Assembly: GCA_035389045.1 (NCBI GenBank)
Contig: DAOORA010000026.1
Coordinates: forward strand, 1 to 52,526
From: Bacteroidales bacterium
GTDB taxonomy: Bacteria > Bacteroidota > Bacteroidia > Bacteroidales > CAIWKO01
Direction: 5' to 3'
DNA: 52,526 nucleotides
Shown here: in pieces, positions 50,063 through 52,526 of the stretch
How the letters are laid out: each line of letters begins with the position of its first letter
Position numbering within the stretch: the stretch's first letter is position 1
Made by a program: the position numbers and the translations under genes
The notes under the pieces: generated by a model
The model's input: the letters and a program-made list of their open reading frames with translations, nothing else
Databases searched by the model: none
Told to the model about the DNA's origin: nothing

Positions 50063-52312
50063 ATGAAACTAAAAAAAATATCCGTTATTGCTGCTGTGCT
50101 GATGTTTGCCTTTACGGCAAACATCAACGCACAGAAAGCGCGGTTTACTCAAGCCAACAGATTATATGATGTCACGGCATATGCAAATGCCCTACCCAGA
50201 TATGTCAAGGTTCTGGAAAAAGACAGCACCAATAATGAGGCTTTGATTAAACTCGCCGACTGCTACCGTAGGTTAAACGATATGGAAAATGCCGTTAAAA
50301 CCTATGAAAAAGTCATCAATAAGGGTATCGCACAGCCCGTACATAAACTTTACTATGCGCAGGCTCTGATGGAAATAAAAAACTACGATAAGGCAAAAAA
50401 GTACATGGCAGAGTATAATTCAGATTCAAGAGGTGGAACTTTTGTAGATGCCATTGATAACCTTGACAAGTTTTTCAGAGACACATCCTACTATAAAATA
50501 GAGAGACTGCCTTTTAATTCCGTTTATAATGACTTTTCACCGCGAATCCTGAATGATAAAATTGTTTATGCTTCGTCGCGGAAAAGAGCATATGCTGAAA
50601 ATCATATCAACACATGGACTAACGAAGGTTTTTTCAAACTCTATTATACAAAAAAACTCAGTAACGGAAAATACAAATGTGTGCGTACGTTTCCCTATTC
50701 GCTCGATAACAGGTTTAATTCCGGACCGGTGAGTTTCAACAAACAATCCAATGTTATTTATATCACGAGAAATAATGTTGTTGATTCTAAGCTTGTAAAA
50801 GCCAAGGACGGACAAGCCAAAATGCAGATTTATGCGGCTACCATGAACAAGAAGGGGACTGCTTATCAGAATCTATTTGATTTTAAATATAATGATGCAG
50901 AGCACAACGTGATGCATCCGGCTATCAGTGATGATGGTAACAGGCTGTATTTTGTTTCAGACGTACCCGGAGGAAAAGGAGGATATGATATTTGGGTCAG
51001 TACCAAAGGGAAAGACAACTGGCTGGCTCCGGTAAACCTGGGAGAAAGTATAAATACTCCCGGGGATGAGGCTTTTCCATATGTACAAGGAAATAAACTT
51101 TATTTTTCTTCAAACGGACTGGAAGGAATTGGCGGACATGATATTTTCTCCGTAACACTGAACGAAGATGGTCTTCCATCGGAAACGCCCAAGAACATCG
51201 GTGTACCTGTAAACAGTACAGCAGACGATTTTGGCATTGTTTACTACTCCGAAGGAAATAAAGGCCTTTTTAGTTCAAACAGGATTAATTTGAATTTAGA
51301 TGATGATATTTTTGAATTTACGGTAAACAAGCCGGAAAAACAGATTTACCATTTTCTTGTAACGGACAGCGCCCGAAGCCCCCTGGAATCAAATATGGAT
51401 ATTACGGATAACAAAACCGGAGAAAAATCTGATCTGAAAGCAAAAGACGGAATTTTTGAGATTGAATTGCCACCTGGCCATGATTTTAATATTAACGCTA
51501 GCAGCGGCACCTACTATCCAAAAAATAATATTGCATATACCAGCCCTGCTGATAACAAGGATACGTTCGAAATAATCCTTAAAAGACCACCTTATTTCAT
51601 CGCCGGTACTGCCTATGAAAAAACTGATGACAAATCAGTTTATGTTGACAGTGCGCTGATTGAGATTACCGATCCGAATAATAATATTGTGTATTCGACG
51701 CTGACCAATACGACCAAAAGGTACCACTCTCCGGAGTTATTGCCGAATACTCAATATAAGGTTACCGTGTCGCGAAACGGATACTTCACCACATCAGAAA
51801 TCGTACCTTCTATCCCACCCGGCGGCATCCTGGTCGATTTGTTTTTGTCGAAGATCATTGTTTCCAAACCCATTAAAATTGAAAACATATACTTTGACTA
51901 TGATCAGGCCTTTATTCGTCCGGATGCAGCCATAGAATTAAATAAAATTGTTAAGCTTCTCCAGGAAAATCCTGATATTATTATTGAATTGGGATCTCAT
52001 ACGGATTGCCGGGGTTCAAAAGCTTATAATAACGAGTTATCAGAAAACCGCGCCCAATCGAGTATGGCGTATATAGTGAGCAAAGGTATTAACCAGTCGC
52101 GTATTACTGCAAAAGGATATGGCGAAACCCGACTGATAAATAATTGTGAATGTGAAGAAACCGACGAGTCACCATGCTCTGAAGAAGAACACCAATATAA
52201 CCGTCGTACCGAATTTACCGTTACAGGTTTTGTAAAAGGTGTGGGTAATGTACAAATGAAAAGTGAAAAAGGAACCGACATTATCATTGATGAGAAACCG
52301 AAAATAAAATAG
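50063..52312 (+). CDS. OmpA-family peptidoglycan-binding protein (TPR + PD40 propeller + beta-sandwich + OmpA C-like), PorE-like architecture
   Basis: N-terminal TPR helices; HPAISDDGNRLYFVSD.PGG.GGYDIW and NLG..INTPGDE.FP repeats; IYFDYD...HTDCRGS..YN..LSENRA...GYGE...NRRTEF. Confidence 0.92.
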   Translation: MKLKKISVIAAVLMFAFTANINAQKARFTQANRLYDVTAYANALPRYVKVLEKDSTNNEALIKLADCYRRLNDMENAVKTYEKVINKGIAQPVHKLYYAQALMEIKNYDKAKKYMAEYNSDSRGGTFVDAIDNLDKFFRDTSYYKIERLPFNSVYNDFSPRILNDKIVYASSRKRAYAENHINTWTNEGFFKLYYTKKLSNGKYKCVRTFPYSLDNRFNSGPVSFNKQSNVIYITRNNVVDSKLVKAKDGQAKMQIYAATMNKKGTAYQNLFDFKYNDAEHNVMHPAISDDGNRLYFVSDVPGGKGGYDIWVSTKGKDNWLAPVNLGESINTPGDEAFPYVQGNKLYFSSNGLEGIGGHDIFSVTLNEDGLPSETPKNIGVPVNSTADDFGIVYYSEGNKGLFSSNRINLNLDDDIFEFTVNKPEKQIYHFLVTDSARSPLESNMDITDNKTGEKSDLKAKDGIFEIELPPGHDFNINASSGTYYPKNNIAYTSPADNKDTFEIILKRPPYFIAGTAYEKTDDKSVYVDSALIEITDPNNNIVYSTLTNTTKRYHSPELLPNTQYKVTVSRNGYFTTSEIVPSIPPGGILVDLFLSKIIVSKPIKIENIYFDYDQAFIRPDAAIELNKIVKLLQENPDIIIELGSHTDCRGSKAYNNELSENRAQSSMAYIVSKGINQSRITAKGYGETRLINNCECEETDESPCSEEEHQYNRRTEFTVTGFVKGVGNVQMKSEKGTDIIIDEKPKIK

Positions 52313-52329
52313 AGGTATTCATTCACTTA

Positions 52330-52368
52330 AAAAAAGGAAGCTGTCTCATAAGGACAGCTTCCTTTTTT
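52330..52368. terminator. Strong bidirectional intrinsic terminator
   Basis: Perfect 16-bp stem AAAAAAGGAAGCTGTC / GACAGCTTCCTTTTTT with a 7-nt loop, 17 nt after the OmpA-family stop. Confidence 0.92.
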
Positions 52369-52401
52369 ATACCAGAGAGCATTTCTGATGTCTCAAGCTC
52401 A

Positions 52402-52526
52402 ATCGAGTAGGTAGGGGGATTGCTCCCCCGCCCTCTCACACCACCGTGCGTACATACGTACACGGCGGTTTCTTTAACCCACATTGCAGCTATCCGAACG
52501 TATTCTTCTGACAACCAATAGTTTCA
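52402..52526 (-). mobile_element. Group IIC intron, 3' end (domains V and VI), truncated by the window edge
   Basis: Minus strand reads GAAACCGCCGTGTACGTATGTACGCACGGTGGTGTGAGAGGGCGGGGGAGCAATCCCCCTACCTACTCGAT. This gives a DV with CGC triad and AC bulge, a DVI hairpin and the canonical ...CTACTCGAT end. Confidence 0.88.

Noticed and set aside
52323..52514. 63-aa minus-strand ORF
   Set aside because: It reads through intron DV/DVI and the terminator. At most its first codons are a remnant of the intron-encoded protein's C-terminus.
8918..52526. Diversity-generating retroelement (Avd-like gene + repeats + RT)
   Set aside because: No DGR RT is in the window and the only retroelement trace is a group II intron end 43 kb away. 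Mismatches between the 900-bp copies are not confined to adenines, and both copies are in-frame coding.

Overview
Chromosomal segment of a Bacteroidota bacterium, probably an anaerobic, peptide-fermenting Bacteroidales. Evidence: T9SS type-B cargo with PorP/SprF and an OmpA-domain partner, S46 peptidase, TAnnTTTG promoters and an AOR-family enzyme. The left ~29 kb is metabolic. It holds a MATE pump; an alkyl-DHAP-synthase-like/glpD/lipid-kinase operon; a divergent PLP gamma-family enzyme-hom-AOR cluster; two aldehyde dehydrogenases; a cupin; a membrane-NTPase fusion; an OPT transporter; three glycosyltransferases; an RRM protein; LptF/G; a DPP11-like peptidase; RidA; and an ornithine cyclodeaminase-family gene. 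The right ~23 kb encodes a ~6400-aa repetitive T9SS surface protein and its partners, then a strong terminator and the 3' end of a group IIC intron at the window edge. Main leads: (i) a four-helix-bundle gene inside an operon, bracketed by heptamer arrays (GTTnnnA x12 / AACnnnn x6) that pair better as RNA than as DNA; (ii) paired Cys losses in the giant protein that suggest inter-domain disulfide staples, plus three jelly-roll-like domains inserted at the same HYR loop and three cohesin-like domains; (iii) a possible ether-lipid operon; (iv) a MITE-like structured insert; (v) a possible single-chain ECF-like transporter. All family assignments come from reading motifs by eye; no database searches were run.
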